Positions 1 through 10,200 of a stretch of 64,000 nt of DNA are shown one piece after another (the first letter of the stretch is position 1; every line of letters begins with the position of its first letter). A program made the translations under genes and the position numbers. This stretch comes from Burkholderiales bacterium (lineage in GTDB: Bacteria; Pseudomonadota; Gammaproteobacteria; Burkholderiales; SG8-39), in assembly GCA_036394595.1 (NCBI GenBank), contig DASWEU010000201.1, forward strand, positions 395 through 64,394. Reading direction: 5' to 3'. The notes under the pieces are model-generated. The model searched no databases. It saw nothing but the letters and a program-made list of their open reading frames with translations, and was not told where the DNA came from.

Positions 1-3
1 GAA

Positions 4-591
4 ATGCTCGACGACTGGCTCGAGGAGCTCGCCGAGCTCCGGCTGATCGAGGAGCTGGAAGCCGATGCCACCATCCCGGTCGAAGACAACCGGACCGTGG
101 TCATCAACCAGGAGAATTTCCTGCGCCAGGGCAAGTCCGCGGGCGCCGAGCTGACGCGCACCGGGGCTTATCTCGCGGCCGATCGCGCCAGCAGCCGGCG
201 CGGCGTGCCGAAGGCGCCGCGCGAGACCGAGATCCTGATCGTGGAAGACGATCCGGACCAGCGCGCGCTCGCCGACCTCCGGCTCACCATGGCGGGCTTC
301 AAGGTGCGCGTCGCTTTCTCGGTGCAAAGCTTCCTGCAGAGCATGCTGGATCACGGCGCGCCCGACCTGCTGCTGCTCGATGTGGAGCTGCCCGACGGCG
401 ACGGCTTCGAGCTGCTGGCGAAGATGCGCCGGCATCCGAAATACGCCAGCCTGCCGGTCGTGATGCTCACCGCGAAAAACGATCCGGCCGACATCGGCCG
501 CGGGCTGGTGCTCGGCGCCGACGGCTACGTCACCAAGCCCTACACCAAGAACGTTCTCGCCGACCTTATCCGGCGCGTGCTGAAGCAGTAG
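4..591 (+). CDS. Response regulator with C-terminal receiver (REC) domain; the frame is open to the window edge, so it may be 5'-partial
   Basis: REC hallmarks: ILIVEDDPDQ (acidic pocket), LLLLDVELPDGDGF (phospho-acceptor Asp), VVMLTAK, GADGYVTKP. Codon 1-3 is in frame with no upstream stop in the window. Confidence 0.8.
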   Translation: MLDDWLEELAELRLIEELEADATIPVEDNRTVVINQENFLRQGKSAGAELTRTGAYLAADRASSRRGVPKAPRETEILIVEDDPDQRALADLRLTMAGFKVRVAFSVQSFLQSMLDHGAPDLLLLDVELPDGDGFELLAKMRRHPKYASLPVVMLTAKNDPADIGRGLVLGADGYVTKPYTKNVLADLIRRVLKQ

Positions 592-593
592 CG

Positions 594-2249
594 CTAGGGG
601 ACCACCTCGCGCTGCCGGGGCAGCAGCCCGAGCTCGCAGGCCTTGATCTGCAGCGCGAGATACTTCGAGTAGATGCGGCACTGGGCAAAACTCCCGGCGA
701 TGAACCACAGGCCGGGCTGCGCGGTGCGCGTGAACATGTTGCGCAGCTCCTGTTCCTCGCCGAATCCCCAGATCGGGCCGACGCGGGACGCGATGGCATC
801 GCCGAACAGCTTGCGTACCAGGTGCTCCTGCCCTTTGTAGCCGGTCGCGAGCACGACGAGATCGGTTCCCGGCAAAAGCTTGTCCAACTCGGAGAACTGC
901 GCGAGGCCGATCTTGCCTTCGACGATCAGGTCGGAACAGCCGACGTTGAAGTAGTAGCCGCCGCCGCGGGTGAGGTACTTGAATTGCCAGCCGGTGCCGT
1001 CCTCGCCGAAATCGAGCTTGAACCCCACGCGCTCGAGCGCGTCGAGTAGCTTCTTGTCCGCCTGCTTCGCCTGTTCGGTCAGGAGCTGGTGGCTCTTTCT
1101 TGCAAGGGGAAGCGGCATCGAGGCGGTAATCAGGTCGCAGTCTTCCAGCGGCGGCCCCTCGCTGTACAGCGCGTAGGGAAATTGCGCGCTCGGCTCGATG
1201 TTGACGATCAGGGTCGGGCTGCGCTGCACCAGCGTGACCTTGGCGCCGCTCGAGTGGAGGTCCTGCGCGATGTCGTGGCCGCTGTTGCCGCTGCCGATGA
1301 CGAGGGCGTTTTTCCCCTGCCATTCCTTGCCGTCGCCGTATTGGCTGGAGTGCAGCACCTTGCCGCGGAAGTTCCGCAAGGTCGGGATGTCGGGCAGGCT
1401 GGGAATCCCGCTGGCGCCGGTCGCGAGGACGATGTGCCGCGGATGCAATTGCCGCCGGGTGCCATCCGGCCGCTGCATCACGACGGACCAGCGCCCCGCG
1501 CCGGCGTCGTAGTCCCCGCCCTTGAATTCCGTGCCGGTCCAGTAGTTGAGCTCCATGCTCTCGACATAGGCCTCGAACCAATCGGCCAGCTTGTCCTTGG
1601 GGATGTAGGCGGGCCAATTCGGCGGGAACGGCAGGTAGGGCAGGTGGTTGACGTGCTTCTGGTTGTGGAGGGTCAGCGCCTGGTAGCGCTTGCGCCAGTT
1701 GTCGCCGATGCGCCCCCAGCGATCCACGATCAGCGCGTCGACTTGCAGTTGTTTCAGGTGCGCGGCGATGGAGAGCCCGGCCTGCCCGCCCCCCACCACC
1801 AGCACGAGCGGATCTTTCCCGGCATTCGCGGCGAAGGATTTCCCGCGCTGTTCCTCGAAGCCCTTGATCTCGTCGAGCGCCGTGAGCAGGGTCCACGCCC
1901 GCGGTGGTTTGTTTTCTTCCGCAAGGAGGCGCAGCACCCCGTTGCCGCGGCCTTCTGCCGTCTCGAACTGGAAGATCGCCTCGATCGCCGGGGTGCCGGC
2001 GCGCGTCACGCGGCGCGGCGCGGTCCGCTGCGGGTCCGTCCTGAAGCCAGTCGGATGGATTCGCTCTTCAATTGAAATCAATTCCTTCAGAACATCAGCC
2101 CGGCCGTTGAGCGTCCTGATGCTCCAGGTCAGCGCCAGTACGTCGCGCCAATGGCTGTCGGGATGAAACAGCGTCTCGAGCCGCGCGGCGTCGTGTTCCC
2201 CGAGCGCCTGCTCGAAGCCCGCGAGCCAGCGATTCGCCATCTCGAGCAT
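594..2249 (-). CDS. FAD/NAD(P)-binding flavin-containing monooxygenase (FMO/Baeyer-Villiger-like) with an N-terminal NTF2-like extension
   Basis: Two dinucleotide-binding motifs (VVGGGQAGLS and VIGSGNSGHDIA) and an ATG..G motif (VLATGY). The start MLEMANRW at 2249 forms a TAATG overlap with the upstream gene's stop. The 778-aa track ORF upstream of it is Arg/Pro/Gly-rich read-through. Confidence 0.8.
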   Translation of the reverse strand: MLEMANRWLAGFEQALGEHDAARLETLFHPDSHWRDVLALTWSIRTLNGRADVLKELISIEERIHPTGFRTDPQRTAPRRVTRAGTPAIEAIFQFETAEGRGNGVLRLLAEENKPPRAWTLLTALDEIKGFEEQRGKSFAANAGKDPLVLVVGGGQAGLSIAAHLKQLQVDALIVDRWGRIGDNWRKRYQALTLHNQKHVNHLPYLPFPPNWPAYIPKDKLADWFEAYVESMELNYWTGTEFKGGDYDAGAGRWSVVMQRPDGTRRQLHPRHIVLATGASGIPSLPDIPTLRNFRGKVLHSSQYGDGKEWQGKNALVIGSGNSGHDIAQDLHSSGAKVTLVQRSPTLIVNIEPSAQFPYALYSEGPPLEDCDLITASMPLPLARKSHQLLTEQAKQADKKLLDALERVGFKLDFGEDGTGWQFKYLTRGGGYYFNVGCSDLIVEGKIGLAQFSELDKLLPGTDLVVLATGYKGQEHLVRKLFGDAIASRVGPIWGFGEEQELRNMFTRTAQPGLWFIAGSFAQCRIYSKYLALQIKACELGLLPRQREVVP

Positions 2250-3025
2250 TACGCGCCCGCGAGGCTGGCGTTTACCAGGTCGGTGACCAGCATGTGACCG
2301 GGTGCGTGCGTGATGCACAGCGACGGGCGGGCCTCGAGCACCACCGACTGCGGCGTGATGCCGCAGGCCCAGAACAGCGGCAGCTCGTCCGCGCGCACTT
2401 CGGTGGGGTCGCCCTCCCAGGGGCGGGCGAGATCCGCGATGCCGATGAGATCCGGGCGGCCGATATGCACCGGCGCGCCGTGCACCCTCGGATAGCGGGA
2501 GGTGATCTCGATGGCGCGGATCGCATCCGCGGGCTTGAACGGGCGCATCGACACCACCAATTTGCCGCGGAAGCGGCCGGCGGGCGCGGTGTCGATGCTG
2601 GTGCGGTACATCGGCACGTTCCTGCCTTGCTCGACATAGCGCAGGCGCAGGCCCGCCTCGACCAGCGCCTGCTCGAAGGAAAACGAACAGCCGAGGACGA
2701 AGGCGACCAAGTCCTCGCGCCACAGCGCCCGGATGTCGCCGACTTCCTCCGTCAGCCTGCCGTCGCGGAACACGCGGTAGCGCGGCAGGTCGGTGCGGAT
2801 GTCGAGGTCCGCGCCGAGCGCGGGCAGCCGCGGCTCCCCCGGCGCCGATGCGGCCAGCAGCGGGCAGGGCTTGGGATTGCGCTCGCAGAACTGCGCGAAT
2901 TCCGCCGCATATTCGCGCGGCAGGATGCACAGGTTGCCCTGCACGTGGCCCGGCGCGAGTCCCGCCGTGTGGCCCGGATGCTCGCCGCGGCGGATGGCCC
3001 GGCGCACCTCGCGCGGGTCATTCAC
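2249..3025 (-). CDS. DUF1445 / UPF0317 putative hydro-lyase (D-glutamate cyclase-like family)
   Basis: Full-length family signature: [53 protein letters not shown] start at 3025 overlaps the stop of the upstream ABC ATPase (GTGAATGA). Confidence 0.75.
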   Translation of the reverse strand: MNDPREVRRAIRRGEHPGHTAGLAPGHVQGNLCILPREYAAEFAQFCERNPKPCPLLAASAPGEPRLPALGADLDIRTDLPRYRVFRDGRLTEEVGDIRALWREDLVAFVLGCSFSFEQALVEAGLRLRYVEQGRNVPMYRTSIDTAPAGRFRGKLVVSMRPFKPADAIRAIEITSRYPRVHGAPVHIGRPDLIGIADLARPWEGDPTEVRADELPLFWACGITPQSVVLEARPSLCITHAPGHMLVTDLVNASLAGA

Positions 3026-3659
3026 GCAGCGCGCCGCGGTCGATGACGAGGATGCGGTCCACCATGCGCTCCGAATGCTGCAGGTCGGATTCCGACAGGA
3101 TCACCGACATGCCCTCGGCCTTGAGGCTGCCGACGACGTCCACCAGCCGGTGCGCCAGCGCCGGCGCCACGCCCTCGAACGGCTCGTCGAGCAGCAGCAG
3201 CTTGTCGCCGCACATCAGGGCGCGGCCGATCGCCACCAGCTTCTGCTGGCCGCCCGAGAGCTGCGAGCCCTTGCGCAGGGCGAACTCGCGCAGTTCCGGG
3301 ATCAGGCGATAGACCTTCTCCAGGCGCCGCGCCGCGTCGGGCAGCTTCGCCGCCCAGGCAGGCAGCAGCAGGTTCTCCTCCACCATCAAATCGGGTATCA
3401 GGCGCCGGTCCTCGGGCATGTAGCCGATGCCCATGCGCGTGCGGCGCCAGGTCGGCGTCGCGAGCAGGTCGGCGCCCCGGAAGCTCATCGAGCCGCTGGA
3501 CACCTTGAGGATTCCCATGATGCTCTTCATCAGCGTGGTCTTGCCGGCGCCGTTGCGCCCGATCAGGCCGGCCATGCTGCCGTCGGCGAGCTCGAGCGAA
3601 ATGTCCCTCAGGATCTGCACCGCCTGGATCGAGACGTTGAGGTTGACGAGCTTAAGCAC
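3018..3659 (-). CDS. ABC transporter ATP-binding protein, LivF-like (HAAT family)
   Basis: Walker [10 protein letters not shown], signature LSGGQQK, Walker B LLLLDEP. GTG start (VLKLVNLNV) at 3659 overlaps the LivG-like stop; the track ORF start at 3698 is probably too long. Confidence 0.85.
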   Translation of the reverse strand: MLKLVNLNVSIQAVQILRDISLELADGSMAGLIGRNGAGKTTLMKSIMGILKVSSGSMSFRGADLLATPTWRRTRMGIGYMPEDRRLIPDLMVEENLLLPAWAAKLPDAARRLEKVYRLIPELREFALRKGSQLSGGQQKLVAIGRALMCGDKLLLLDEPFEGVAPALAHRLVDVVGSLKAEGMSVILSESDLQHSERMVDRILVIDRGALRE

Positions 3660-4431
3660 GCAGCACCCCGCCCACCACGTAGCGCTGCACCTCCGCATCG
3701 GCCAGCGCGACCTGCGGCGCCGCGTCGGCGATGATGCGCCCGTCGTAGAAAGCGAGCACGCGCTCGGCGAAGCGGCTCACCACCTCCATGTCGTGCTCGA
3801 CGAACAGCACCGTGATGCCCTCGGCGCGCACCGCCTGCATGATCATTTCCATGATCGCGAACTTCTCCTCCGCCGACACGCCGCTGGTGGGCTCGTCCAG
3901 CAGCAGGATCTTGGGCCGCGCGACCAGGGTGAGCGCGATGTCGAGGAGCTTGCGCACGCCGCCGGGCAGCACCTGCGCGTTGCGGTCGCGGTATTCGGCC
4001 AGGCCGAAGCGTTCGAGGATGCGCTCGGCGACCTCCTCCGCCGGCAGGTCGTGGCCCGGCACGCGGGCGCGGCCGCGCGAGAAGAAGCCGCCGCGGCCCG
4101 CGTTGCGCAGCACCACGCCGATGCCGATCATCATGTTCTCGAACACGGTGAGCGAGGCGTAGAGCTGCGGGATCTGGAACGAGCGGCAGATGCCGATGCG
4201 CGTGATGTCGCGCGGCGCGAGCGCGGTGATGTCGCGGCCTTCGTAGTGGATGCGGCCGCTGTCGGGCTTGAGGTAGCCCGTGATCATGTTGATGAAGGTG
4301 GTCTTGCCCGCGCCGTTGGTGCCGATGAGCCCGACGATCGAGTCCTTCTCGATGGCGGCGTCCACGTTCGCTGCCGCGGTGACGGCGCCGAAGCTCTTGC
4401 TCAGCTGTTTTGCATGAAGAATCGTGTTCAT
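3652..4431 (-). CDS. ABC transporter ATP-binding protein, LivG-like (HAAT family)
   Basis: MNTILHAKQLSKSFG..., Walker A GTNGAGKTT, Walker B LLLDEPTSG, and a LivG-type C-terminal extension. ATG at 4431 makes an ATGA overlap with the permease stop. The remainder of the 543-aa track ORF is read-through. Confidence 0.85.
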   Translation of the reverse strand: MNTILHAKQLSKSFGAVTAAANVDAAIEKDSIVGLIGTNGAGKTTFINMITGYLKPDSGRIHYEGRDITALAPRDITRIGICRSFQIPQLYASLTVFENMMIGIGVVLRNAGRGGFFSRGRARVPGHDLPAEEVAERILERFGLAEYRDRNAQVLPGGVRKLLDIALTLVARPKILLLDEPTSGVSAEEKFAIMEMIMQAVRAEGITVLFVEHDMEVVSRFAERVLAFYDGRIIADAAPQVALADAEVQRYVVGGVLRA

Positions 4432-5312
4432 CTGAAGCGCCGGCGGAAAAGCGACCACAGGCCGTTCGGCAGGAACACGATCACCGCCAGCAGCGACGAG
4501 CCGAGCACCATCTGCCAGGTGTTGGGCGAGACGTCGAAGGCCACCGTCTGGATGATGCCGAAGATGAGCGCGCCGAGAAACGGCGCGATCACGCTGCCGG
4601 TGCCCGCCAGGATGGTGATGAAGATGAATTCGCCCGAGGTCGTCCAGTAGGCCATCTCCGGGTCGATGTGCCCGACGGTGGCGGCGGCGAGCGCGCCGCC
4701 CAGCCCCGCGAGCGCCGCCGCGATCACGTACTTGACGTGGATCGCATGGCGCGCCGAGGCGCCCATGTACTCGACGCGGATTTCGTTGTCCTTGATCGCC
4801 GGCGCGAGCCGGCCGAGCGGCGTGCCGAGGTAGCGGTGCACCAGAGCCGCGGCGGCGCACGCCGCGATCGCCGCGACCGCCAGCACCGCGTAGCGCACCC
4901 AGCCATCCGCAGGATGGGCGCCGAACAGCGTCGATCGCACGACGTGAAAGCCGTCGCTCGAACCGAGCGCCTCGGTCTTGACCAGCAGCCCGTACAGGAT
5001 CATCGAGAGCGCGAGGCTCAGCAGGCCGAAGAAGATGCTGCGGTAGCGGGCGAGCAGGAATCCCAGCACGAAGGCGACGGCGCCCGCGGCCGCCATGCCG
5101 GCGAGCATCACGCCCGCCAGGTCGCTGAACCCGAACCGGCGCCCGAGCAGGCCGGCGGTGTAGGCGCCGATGCAGTAGTAGAGCGCCTGGCCGAACGACA
5201 CCAGGCCGCAGCGCAGCAGGATCAGCAGGCCGAGCACCACCAGCCCCTTGGCCAGCGCGATGGTCAGCAGGAACAGCAGCCATTGCGGCAGGAACTGCCC
5301 GCCCGCCAGCAA
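4428..5312 (-). CDS. Branched-chain amino acid ABC permease, LivM-like
   Basis: Polytopic hydrophobic protein in an operon between LivH-like and LivG-like genes. The N-terminus may extend upstream (in-frame TTG near 5321). Confidence 0.8.
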   Translation of the reverse strand: MLAGGQFLPQWLLFLLTIALAKGLVVLGLLILLRCGLVSFGQALYYCIGAYTAGLLGRRFGFSDLAGVMLAGMAAAGAVAFVLGFLLARYRSIFFGLLSLALSMILYGLLVKTEALGSSDGFHVVRSTLFGAHPADGWVRYAVLAVAAIAACAAAALVHRYLGTPLGRLAPAIKDNEIRVEYMGASARHAIHVKYVIAAALAGLGGALAAATVGHIDPEMAYWTTSGEFIFITILAGTGSVIAPFLGALIFGIIQTVAFDVSPNTWQMVLGSSLLAVIVFLPNGLWSLFRRRFR

Positions 5313-5356
5313 CGCGAGCAGGATCAGCCCGAGCGTGCGCGGCGTGCGGTCGCGGT

Positions 5357-6160
5357 TCAGATCTTCCTCGCCTCGGCCAGGCTGAACAGGCCGCGCGGCC
5401 TGAAGGCGAGCACCATCGCCATCACCAGGTAGATGACGAACAGCTCGGCCTGCGGCAGGTAATGGATGGTGGCCGAGCGCACCAGGCCGACGATCAACGC
5501 GCCCAGCGCCGCGCCAGGCAGGCTGCCCAGGCCGCCGATCACCACCACCGCGAACGACAGCACGATCACCTCGACGCCCAGCCCCGGCACCACCGACACG
5601 GTCGGCGCGGTGAAGGCGCCGCCGATCGCCGCCAGCAGCGAGCCGAAGGTGAAGGTATAGAGGTACATGCGCTCGACATCGATGCCCATCGCGCGGCTCA
5701 TCTCGGTGTCGTGGATCACCGCCACCAGCAGCTTGCCGGTGCGCGTGTTGCCGAGCAGCCAGGTGAGCCCTGCGCCGCAGGCGACGGCCACGCCCACCAG
5801 GATCAGGTTGTAGTACGGATAGGTGAGATCGAGGAGGTCGAAGCTGCCGAGCAGGCCGTAGGGTTCGGCGATGAAATACGGGTTGACGCCCCAGACCAGC
5901 TTGATGACGTCCTCCAGGATCAGGAACAGGGCGTAGGTGATGAGCAGGATCACCACCTCGTCCTTGGCATACATGAAGCGCAGGATGCCGCGCTCGATCA
6001 GCGGCGCCACCACGACCGACACCAGCAGCGCCGAGCCGAGCAGCACGGCGTAGGACAGCGACGGCGGCATCCCCTTCGCCAGCAGCGCCCCGGTGATCGA
6101 CGCGGCCGCGTAGGCGCCGAGCGCGTAGAAGCTGCCGTGCGTCACGTTGACGATCTTCAT
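5357..6160 (-). CDS. Branched-chain amino acid ABC permease, LivH-like (the N-terminus probably extends to about 6253)
   Basis: Polytopic permease. In-frame upstream codons read LEQLLAVLIDGIIYSAWLFVAAVGLTLIYGV, which looks like the conserved first TM helix of LivH proteins, but there is no ATG/GTG/TTG there (see findings). Confidence 0.8.
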   Translation of the reverse strand: MKIVNVTHGSFYALGAYAAASITGALLAKGMPPSLSYAVLLGSALLVSVVVAPLIERGILRFMYAKDEVVILLITYALFLILEDVIKLVWGVNPYFIAEPYGLLGSFDLLDLTYPYYNLILVGVAVACGAGLTWLLGNTRTGKLLVAVIHDTEMSRAMGIDVERMYLYTFTFGSLLAAIGGAFTAPTVSVVPGLGVEVIVLSFAVVVIGGLGSLPGAALGALIVGLVRSATIHYLPQAELFVIYLVMAMVLAFRPRGLFSLAEARKI

Positions 6161-6254
6161 GACGCCGTAGATCAGCGTCAGTCCGACCGCGGCGACGAAC
6201 AGCCAGGCCGAGTAGATGATGCCGTCGATCAGGACGGCAAGAAGTTGTTCCAGA

Positions 6255-7535
6255 CTATTTCTTGAACCCTCTGGCGATCCAGTCCTCGGCCTTCACGCCA
6301 TCGGGCGGATTGACCATCGTCGCCGGGTAGCGCTTGACGTTGGCGACGGTCATCCTGCCCTTGACCATCCTGCTCACGCCGTACGCGGTCTCGGTGATCG
6401 CCTGGTGGCCGGCGCCGATCGCCATCTCGACCTTGCCCGCCGGGCTCTCGAAGCTCAGGCGCTCGAACGCCGCGATCACCTGGTCGGTAGCCGGGCGCTT
6501 GCCGCCGTTGGCGGCCGCGGCCTTCTCCCACGCCGCCTTGGTGCCGAGGATCGCCTGCGCCATCTGATACGCCGCGTAGTTGGGCGGCACGCCGTAGCGG
6601 TCGGCGAACGTCGACGAGAACCAGCGGTTCAGCTCGCTGTCCGGGGCGTAGGGGCCGTAGGGGCCGCGCGCACCGATCACCACGCCATCGGGAATCTGCC
6701 CGGCAAGCTTGTACATCGCGGTCTCGCCGGTGGTGAGGATCACCGTGCTGCGCTTGAACAGGCCGCGCGGGCCCGCCTGCAGGATGAAGGCCTCGAGGTC
6801 GCCGTCCCAGAAGCTCGAGTGCACCACGTCGGCCTTCGCGCCGAGGATGGTCGAGATCTCGGCGTTGTACTGCCCGGCGAACAGTTTCGGCATCTGCGAG
6901 GTGGCGACGCTCACGCCCGGCACCAGCTGCTTCATCGAGGCCTCGAAGTCGCCCCAGGAGTCCTGGCCCCAGGCGTAGTTCTGGTTGACGCCGGCGATGC
7001 TCTTGATCTTGCCGGCCTTCATTTCCTTCACGTAGAGCGCCGCGCCGACGCTGTCCATGGTCGCGGTCGAGGCGGTGCGGAACACGTACTTGTAGCCCTT
7101 CTCCTCGAAGATGCGCGGCGTGCCGCAGTCGAAGAACACGGTGAGCTTCTTCAGCTCCTCGGCCACCGGCGCGATGGCGAGGCAGTTGCCGCTCGAGACG
7201 TAGCCGATCACCAGGTCGACGTTGTCGCGCTGCGCGAGGTTGCGGAACTCCGTGACCTGGGTGGTGGCGGGGCCCGACTCGTCGAGCAGCTGCATCTGCA
7301 GCGCTGCGCCGCCGAATCCCTTCGCGGCGTAAGGCGCGGGCACCTTGCCGCCGTTCAGCATCTCGAACATGATTTCCGCCGCATTGCGTGCCGGGACGCC
7401 GAACGGGCTGGCGGCCGGCCCGGAGAGGAAAGTGACGATTGCGATCTTGAGCGGCGCTTCCTGGGCGTGCGCAACCGCCGGCATAAAGGTGGCAGCAACG
7501 ACGGCCGCGGCTACGGCATTCTGGATCCCTCGCAT
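6255..7535 (-). CDS. ABC transporter periplasmic substrate-binding protein (Leu/Ile/Val-binding family, type I PBP)
   Basis: Signal peptide MRGIQNAVAAAVVAATFMPAVAHA, AAGGAGGAG RBS just upstream of the ATG at 7535, and first position in the liv-like operon. Confidence 0.85.
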   Translation of the reverse strand: MRGIQNAVAAAVVAATFMPAVAHAQEAPLKIAIVTFLSGPAASPFGVPARNAAEIMFEMLNGGKVPAPYAAKGFGGAALQMQLLDESGPATTQVTEFRNLAQRDNVDLVIGYVSSGNCLAIAPVAEELKKLTVFFDCGTPRIFEEKGYKYVFRTASTATMDSVGAALYVKEMKAGKIKSIAGVNQNYAWGQDSWGDFEASMKQLVPGVSVATSQMPKLFAGQYNAEISTILGAKADVVHSSFWDGDLEAFILQAGPRGLFKRSTVILTTGETAMYKLAGQIPDGVVIGARGPYGPYAPDSELNRWFSSTFADRYGVPPNYAAYQMAQAILGTKAAWEKAAAANGGKRPATDQVIAAFERLSFESPAGKVEMAIGAGHQAITETAYGVSRMVKGRMTVANVKRYPATMVNPPDGVKAEDWIARGFKK

Positions 7536-7641
7536 GGACTCCTCCTTGGTGGGCCGAAGATGGTGCGGCAATACGGCGCCGACGGTCAAGCAAGGCCGGG
7601 CGGCTGCGCCGGGTCCGCTTTTTCTGTTCCAATATCGCCTG

Positions 7642-8598
7642 ATGATCAGGTCGATATTGATGGCGGCGCTGCTGTCGGCGGGCGCGGCGCTCGCGCAGGG
7701 TTATCCGTCCAAGCCGATCCGGCTGATCGTGCCGCTGGTGCCGGGCGGCAACCAGGACATCATGGCGCGCGCGGTGGCCGAGGAAATCTCGAAAACCCTC
7801 GGGCAGCAGGTGGTGGTCGAGAACCGGCCCGGCCAGAGCGCGATCATCGGCACCGTCGCGGTCGCCAAGTCGCCGCCCGACGGCTATACGCTGCTCTCCG
7901 TCTCGACCACTTTTGCGCGCGTTCCCGCGATCGTGAAGAGCGCCGGCTACGACGCCGCCGCGGATTTCGTCGGCGTGAGCCTGATCTGCCGCATTCCGCA
8001 GCTGCTGGTGGTGAACCCGGGCGTGCCGGCGCAATCGGTGCAGCAGCTGGTCGCGCTCGCCAAGGCGCAGCCCGGCGCGCTGAGCTTCGGCACCTCGGGC
8101 AACGGCTCGACCGGCCATGTGGCGGCGGAGCTCTTCATGAAGATGACCGGCACGCGCATGCTGCACGTGCCCTACAAGGGCAACGCCCAGGCGCTGGTGG
8201 ATGTAATCGGCGGGCAAGTGTCGTTGATGTTCGACCAGGTGAGCACTGCGGCCGCGCAGGTGCGCAGCGGCAGGCTGCGCGCGCTTGGCGTTACCACGCT
8301 CGCGCGCTCGCCGCTCTTCCCGGAGCTGCCGACGCTCGACGAGCAGGGGCTCGCCGGCTTCAACGACGTCACCTGGAACGGCTACCTCGCCCCCGCCGGC
8401 ACGCCGCGCGAGGTGCTCGCGCGCCTGCACGCGGAAATCGCCGCCGCAGTGAGCCAGCCGGCGTTCCGCCAGCGCTGGCTCGAGCGCGGCATCGAAACGC
8501 TGGCGAGCGCCTCGCCCGAAGAGTTCAGCGCCTACGTCAGGTCGGAGGCCGAGGCCTTCGCCAGGCTTGCGCGCGAGGCAGGAATCAAGGCGGAATGA
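7642..8598 (+). CDS. Bug-family (TctC-like) tripartite tricarboxylate transporter substrate-binding protein
   Basis: Signal peptide followed by YPSKPIRLIVPLVPGG, ENRPG, PDGYTLL, GSTGH, HVPYKG motifs typical of Bug/TctC proteins. The track ORF start at 7345 is upstream read-through. Confidence 0.9.
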   Translation: MIRSILMAALLSAGAALAQGYPSKPIRLIVPLVPGGNQDIMARAVAEEISKTLGQQVVVENRPGQSAIIGTVAVAKSPPDGYTLLSVSTTFARVPAIVKSAGYDAAADFVGVSLICRIPQLLVVNPGVPAQSVQQLVALAKAQPGALSFGTSGNGSTGHVAAELFMKMTGTRMLHVPYKGNAQALVDVIGGQVSLMFDQVSTAAAQVRSGRLRALGVTTLARSPLFPELPTLDEQGLAGFNDVTWNGYLAPAGTPREVLARLHAEIAAAVSQPAFRQRWLERGIETLASASPEEFSAYVRSEAEAFARLAREAGIKAE

Positions 8599-9452
8599 CG
8601 CCGGAATTCCGCGCGCCGCCGCTCGCCTGCGACGCGCATTTCCACGTGTTCGGACCGCACGATCGCTACCCGCCGCGCGATCCCAATCTTCGCTACCAGC
8701 CGCCGCTCGCGCCGCTGGCGGAGTACCTGAAGCTGGCGCACCGCATCGGCATCGAGCGCTTTGTATTGGTGCAACCCAGCGCCTACCTGCGCGACAACGC
8801 CTGCCTGCTCGACGCGATGAAGGCGATGAAGGACATGGGCGCGAGCTGCCGCGGCATCGTCGATGTCGACGAGGACGCGCCGGAGGCCGAGCTCGCGCGG
8901 CTGGATGCCTTGGGCGTGCGCGGCGTGCGCGTCAACGTCTCTCCCATCCATCCGCCCGAGGCGGGCCTCGCGCGGCGCCTGCTCGCGCGCGTGCGGCGGC
9001 TGGAAGCGCGCTGCGCCGAGATCGGCTGGCATCTCGATTTCCTGCTGCCGGGCTGGTTGACCGCCGAGCTGATGCCGGTGCTGGCGAATTTGCGGGTGAA
9101 CTACACGCTCGCCCACCTGGGCATGTTCCTCGCAAAGGACGGCCCGCAGCAGCCCGGCTTCCTCCAGCTGCTCGATGTCCTGCGGCATGGCTCCGGCCGC
9201 TGCTGGATCAAGCTCACCGGCGCTTACCGCATGTCGCAGGCGCCGGGGTTTGCCGACGTGATGCCGATGGCGCGCGCGATCGTCGCGGCGGCGCCGGGCC
9301 GCGTCGTCTGGGGCAGCGACTACCCGCACCTTTCCTTCGCCGACAAGGTGGGCTCGATCGAGCTCTACAACATGCTCGCAAAGTGGGCGCCAGACGCGGA
9401 CTTGCGGCGCCGCATCCTCGTCGATAACCCCGCGGAACTATTCGGTTTCTAG
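8595..9452 (+). CDS. Amidohydrolase-2 family protein (LigI / 2-pyrone-4,6-dicarboxylate lactonase-like)
   Basis: CDAHFHVFGP metal-binding start and WGSDYPH near the C-terminus. ATGA overlap with the Bug gene stop. It is embedded at the end of a spurious 1078-aa track ORF. Confidence 0.8.
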   Translation: MTPEFRAPPLACDAHFHVFGPHDRYPPRDPNLRYQPPLAPLAEYLKLAHRIGIERFVLVQPSAYLRDNACLLDAMKAMKDMGASCRGIVDVDEDAPEAELARLDALGVRGVRVNVSPIHPPEAGLARRLLARVRRLEARCAEIGWHLDFLLPGWLTAELMPVLANLRVNYTLAHLGMFLAKDGPQQPGFLQLLDVLRHGSGRCWIKLTGAYRMSQAPGFADVMPMARAIVAAAPGRVVWGSDYPHLSFADKVGSIELYNMLAKWAPDADLRRRILVDNPAELFGF

Positions 9453-9589
9453 GGAAATCCGGCAGGACAGCAACAAAGTCGCGCTTCCCCGCGCCAATCT
9501 GCACCAAAAAGGTGGCCCGGTGCACCATGCCGGTGTACGCTTTCCCGACACCGCTTGGGCTGATCCATGCGGCAAAAAGAGGGGTGCAA

Positions 9590-10147
9590 ATGAAAGCTCA
9601 CTTCAGATTGGTCGCTGCGCTGCTGGGTGCGGGCATGTTCCTCGTTTTCGGCGCCGCCTCGGCGCAGGACGCCAAGTGGTATGCCGGCGGCTCCATTGGG
9701 CAATCGAAGTCGGACGGCTTCTGCCGCCAGCAGCTGGCCGGCGGCGCCACCCGCTGCGACAACAACGGCACGGCCTGGCGGGGGATCGGCGGCTATCAGA
9801 TCACTCGCAATTTCGCGGCTGAGATTGGCTACGGCGAGCTCACCACCATGACGTCCAGCCCCCCGCGCGTCGACGTCAAGGCGAGCGCGCTGGAGGCCAC
9901 GGCTGTCGGTACCTATTGGATGTGGCCGGAAATCGGGGTCTACGGCAAGCTCGGCCTGTTCAACCGGTTTGCCCGTACCACCTCGGGCGGCAACAACAGC
10001 CAGAAGGACCAGAACACCAACTGGACCTACGGCGCCGGGTTTCGCTACGACCTGAATCGGGTCGTCGCGTTCCGCGCCGAGTGGCAGCGCTACAACGACG
10101 ACTTCACCACGCAGGTGTACGGCTTCGGCGTTCTCGTGAAGTTCTAG
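9590..10147 (+). CDS. Small outer-membrane beta-barrel protein (OmpA-like TM / OMP_b-brl family)
   Basis: Signal peptide ...GAASAQD, alternating aromatic/hydrophobic strands (YAGGSIGQS, GYQITRNFAAEIGYG), C-terminal ...GVLVKF ending in Phe. Confidence 0.75.
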   Translation: MKAHFRLVAALLGAGMFLVFGAASAQDAKWYAGGSIGQSKSDGFCRQQLAGGATRCDNNGTAWRGIGGYQITRNFAAEIGYGELTTMTSSPPRVDVKASALEATAVGTYWMWPEIGVYGKLGLFNRFARTTSGGNNSQKDQNTNWTYGAGFRYDLNRVVAFRAEWQRYNDDFTTQVYGFGVLVKF

Positions 10148-10160
10148 CCGGGCATCGGCA

Positions 10161-10200
10161 GCGGCGGTCGCGTTTCGCGCGGCCGCCGCTGATCCTTTTT
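10161..10200 (+). terminator. Rho-independent terminator-like hairpin after the OMP gene
   Basis: GCGGCGGTCGCG / CGCGGCCGCCGC stem (one G-U pair) with a short loop, followed by TGATCCTTTTT. Confidence 0.6.

Noticed and set aside
6216-9452. 1078-aa plus-strand ORF spanning the liv-like binding-protein gene, the Bug gene and the amidohydrolase
   Set aside because: Only its last 285 codons (8595..9452) look like a real protein. The rest is Arg/Gly/Ala/Pro-rich sequence antisense to or out of frame with well-supported genes, which is typical of stop-poor frames in high-GC DNA.
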